Both the position numbers and the translations under genes were made by a program. The notes below the pieces were generated by a model. That model did not search any database and had not been told where the DNA came from. It was given only the letters and a program-made list of their open reading frames with translations. Shown one piece after another: positions 32,036 to 35,619 of a stretch of DNA of 35,619 nucleotides. Numbering within the stretch: the first letter of the stretch is position 1; each line of letters begins with the position of its first letter. The DNA is from Octopus bimaculoides (lineage: Eukaryota): assembly GCF_001194135.2 (NCBI RefSeq), contig NC_069001.1:2808823-2844441 (forward strand). The letters are read 5' to 3'.

Positions 32036-32249
32036 TGATGAAGATAATGATTGTTTGTGCCACACAATGATCTCATTGGAACACAGTGTTCAATGTGTTA
32101 AGGAAGTTAAGGTATAATTTGAGGGAGATCTGGCTGCTATTTCTAACAGGACAAGTGGCTATGTAGAATATCCCGTGTTGGTTGGGTATTTTATTTGTAA
32201 GATTTTATCTAACAACTGACGTATTTGAGTGCTCTTTCTTTGTCTCCAG

Positions 32250-32395
32250 ATACTATTGTAAGTGTCGTCCTGGTTACACTGGCAAAAACTGTCAGTCCGA
32301 TCTCCAAGAGTGTGCATCAAACCCTTGTCAGCATGGTGGCACCTGTAATGATAGACGCAACTACTATTACTGCACCTGTCTACCAGGTTATACAG
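32250..32395 (+). CDS. Notch: Notch coding exon J (146 nt, phase 2-1): end of EGF19 and EGF20, [48 protein letters not shown]
   Basis: Acceptor tgtctccag at 32249; donor G|GTGAGT at 32396. 196+146 nt restores the frame. [12 protein letters not shown]-like motif as in recalled fly Notch EGF20. Confidence 0.96.
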
Positions 32396-32541
32396 GTGAG
32401 TGGGTATAATTTTACTTTATTGAAAATCATCTCAGATATTTTAATTGATTCTCCCCACCCCACCTTTGCTTCTGTGTAAGAATTGGGTCAGTGTTATGGC
32501 ACCGACTGTGAATGCAAAAGACTCAATGTGATGTGTGTATA

Positions 32542-32580
<39 letters not shown>

Positions 32581-33177
32581 GTGAGTGCTTCTTTTATTTG
32601 TTTTGGTCATTAGACTGCAACCATACTGGGGCACAGCCTGGAAGAATTTTTAGTCGAATGTATTGCCCAAGGTGCCACACAGTGAGACTGAATCCCAAAT
32701 GATGTGGTTGAGAAGCAGGCTTCTTACCACACAGCCACACCTATAAGATATATGATAGTGTTTCAGACAATGAAGACTAAGATCCCCTTTGACTGAGCAT
32801 AGCTACAGTAGGGGGCAGTGGCTTTATGCCGGATGAATGAAGGGGACAGAACAGAACAGGTTCTTGCTGTAAAGGAGCCAGTGACATGCTTACTGACATT
32901 ATTGAAGAGTGGGTGAGAGTATCCAGAGTGGAACTAAAGAGAGGGGGGGAGAGAGGGAGATAAAATAGTTGTGTTGAGGTACCAGGGTGAACCTTGGGTG
33001 AATGGAAGTGGGTGGAGACGTAAGAACTGGGAGCATGGGTGGGTAAAGGTTGTAAGAATGTTTGGGAAGGGTGAAAGATGGAAATGGTAAAACAATGGTA
33101 AAATAAAATCTGATAATTTTCAAATGGAATTCTAATAATAAAAAAATATATATTGGACTATTTTTCTCTGTAAATAG

Positions 33178-33405
33178 GCAACAATTGTCATCTGGATATA
33201 AACGAATGTAGCAGTAATCCATGTGTCCATGGGAAATGTTCCAATAAAATGAATCACTACATTTGCTATTGTGATGAATCGTACACTGGCAGAAACTGTG
33301 AGACCAAAATGGAACCTTGCAAGTCAAACCCTTGTGTTCATGGCAGTTGTGAAGCAACTAATCGTTATACAGACTATCAATGTCTGTGTCCACCTGGATA
33401 TTATG
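33178..33405 (+). CDS. Notch: Notch coding exon K (228 nt, phase 1-1): EGF21-EGF22, NNCHLDINECSSNPCVHGKCSNKMNHYICYCDESYTGRNCETKMEPCKSNPCVHGSCEATNRYTDYQCLCPPGYY
   Basis: Acceptor taaatag at 33177; donor G|GTGAGT at 33406. CE.KM.PC and the long C3-C4 loop mark the non-calcium-binding EGF22 of Notch. Confidence 0.95.
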
Positions 33406-34602
33406 GTGAGTTTCTTTTGTTTACACCCTACAATGGTTTTAGACTACATATTAACATATGCAGAGGATTGGCAGTCATAAGGGCATTGGGATAGAATGTC
33501 TCATGGCACTTGTGCCAACTATCTCTCTATGCTCTAAGTTCAAATCCTGCTGCAGTCAACTTTACTTTGCTTTCTTTTGCGGTTTGACACAAAAAAAAAA
33601 AACATCCTAAACTTTGGAGGTGGATTGCTGGAACTTTTTCCAAGATCAAATCCTACCATGGCTTGCTTGCTTGGGTGGTAGACTTGATTTTGCTACCCTA
33701 TTTAAAACACCACCTTGGGTACTTTTAGCAGAGTTCACCCTGTTGCAAGTACTTGGGTAAGGTCTCTGGTTTGATGATACCTTCTTTCCTCGTTTACCAG
33801 TACCAGAGGCCTTGTAATGGTGTCATCATGGGCATTGCCTTTCCTTTCTTTTGTCCGGATGGTGGGAATCTAGAAGTTGTTTTCATTTTGAGCATTTAAA
33901 CTGGGCATACCCATTTTGTATCTATCTAAATCAAGCCTTTCACATTGAACCCACAATGTCTTTGTAAAAATAAACAATCACATCACTGAAATTAAGAAGC
34001 TACGAGATAATGCATGATTGATTCAAAACAATGGAACTGAAAAAGCTTTGCATTTGACCAAGTAATCTAATTGGTAAACAGTTGAGGCTGGAATGGTTTT
34101 TAGCAATTTCTTAGCATAGAGCCAAGAAAGCAGATGATTTAGTGTCAAAGGTATTCAGCTCACAATTGTAAGGTTGTGAATTTATTTCTCAGTGGCATGT
34201 TGTGTCCTTGAGCAAGATACTTTCTCATTGCTCCAGTTCACTCAACTGGAAAAAAATGAGTTGTACTTATGATTCAAAGAGCTTGCCTTGTCACATTCTG
34301 TGTCACACTGAATCTTCCTGAGAACTATTGAAATATTAAGAGTACACATGTCTGTGGAGTGCTCAGCCACTTGCATGTTAATTTCATGAGCAGGCTGTTC
34401 TGCTGATTGTATCAACTGGAACACTCATTGCCATATCTGATGGGGAACCAGGCCATAACATAAAACCAGCTGCTTCTTCAAGCAGTTTGGTATCTTAGAA
34501 CTAACAGCAGTCCCAGACAGGCAGGATTGCACCCAAACTGTTTAAAGAACATGACTCATTTTTTCATCTTGATTTTAAAAAAATTTTTATTTTCATTTTC
34601 AG

Positions 34603-34758
34603 GTCGAAACTGTGAACAGGACCGAAATGAATGCACCTCCTCTCAACCCTGCAAAAACGGGGCAGTTTGCCAAAATACTAATGGTTCTTATATATGTCAG
34701 TGCCGACCTGGTTATATTGGCAAGAACTGTGAAATTAATTACAATGAGTGCTTATCAT
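34603..34758 (+). CDS. Notch: Notch coding exon L (156 nt, phase 1-1): EGF23 and start of EGF24, RNCEQDRNECTSSQPCKNGAVCQNTNGSYICQCRPGYIGKNCEINYNECLS
   Basis: Acceptor ttcattttcag at 34602; donor T|GTGAGT at 34759. The gene continues beyond the window. Confidence 0.95.
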
Positions 34759-35619
34759 GTGAGTATATTTAGTGTATGTTTGTGTGTGTGTGTGTGTGTA
34801 TGTATATATATATATACACACACACACACACGAGGGGATGCTGAAAAGTTACTGGCTTTGGATAAAAGAAAATACAGGAGGATCAATTAATTATGATTTT
34901 ACTCAATATATTCCCCTCTTGGATTCATGCACTTATTGCAGTGGTCCTTCAGTTTTTCTAAGCCCTGTAAAAGAACTTGGAAGGTTGAGCCTCCAGCCAG
35001 GCCTTTTGTGACACCCTTAAAGCCCGGAACTTTTCTGCCCTCCCTTGTATCTATCTATCTATACATACATACATATATATGTATATATATATATATATCA
35101 TCATCATCATCATCGTTTAACGTCCACTTTCCATGCTAGCATGGGTTGGACGATTTGACTGAGGACTGGTGAAACCAGATGGCTACACCAGACTCCAATC
35201 TGATCTGGCAGAGTTTATACATCTGGATGCCCTTCCTAACGCCAACCACTCCGAGAGTGTAGTGGGTCCTTTTACGTGCCACCGGCACGAAGGCCAGTCA
35301 GGCAGTACTGGCAATGGCCACGCTCAAAATGGTGTATTTTACGTGCCACCTGGACAGAATCCAGTCCAGCGGCACTGGCAAATTATATATATATATATAT
35401 AGAGTTTAGAGAAAAAAACCACAATTATTGAATTCATCCATGAAAATCCACAATCACATATAGAAAAGTTTTATAAGAAAATCAAAATATATTAATTTCT
35501 AGGTGGAATGAGGATATCCTTCAAAGATGAATTCCATAACTAACAAAAAATTGAAAGTTAAATACAAACAATAAATGTTAGTTATAAAATGAAATATAAA
35601 ATAATTATGATAATAATAT

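Noticed and set aside
9841-34758. Alternative identities: Delta/Serrate, crumbs, fibropellin or a generic EGF-array protein
   Set aside because: Repeat-by-repeat order (CVNGWTG in EGF8, non-calcium EGF10 and EGF22, PCEH..CVNT in EGF11, CMPG in EGF12) and the intron pattern fit Notch specifically.

Overview
Eukaryotic, intron-rich animal DNA, not a prokaryotic locus. No operons, CRISPR arrays, rRNA or true tRNA genes are supportable. The window is an internal part of a Notch receptor gene on the + strand. Twelve GT-AG-bounded coding exons (9841-34758, 2001 nt in total, one open frame of about 667 codons) encode EGF-like repeats from the end of EGF6 to the start of EGF24, including the ligand-binding EGF8-12 region. 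The gene begins upstream and ends downstream of the window. Introns are filled with microsatellites, tRNA-headed SINEs, RTE LINE 3' ends, piggyBac-, hAT-, mariner- and Helentron-like non-autonomous elements, and Penelope-like remnants. This repeat landscape looks like octopus (coleoid cephalopod) DNA, which is inference from recalled repeat families. Seven N-gaps are present. Almost all ORFs in the supplied track are microsatellite or gap artefacts; only some partly capture real exons. Most interesting observations: (1) several hammerhead-ribozyme-like Penelope remnants in the introns, one within a ~250-bp fold-back; (2) candidate CSL/Su(H) autoregulatory sites, namely a paired-site-like element and a minisatellite carrying CSL motifs; (3) a tandem repeat seeded from an exon/splice-donor junction whose copies lack the canonical AG|GT; (4) possible recursive or micro-exon splice choices that would delete EGF8-9 or most of EGF14; (5) altered glycosylation and ligand-contact residues in EGF11-12. 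All coordinates were read by eye and repeat boundaries are approximate. Comparisons with human and fly Notch are from memory and need alignment.
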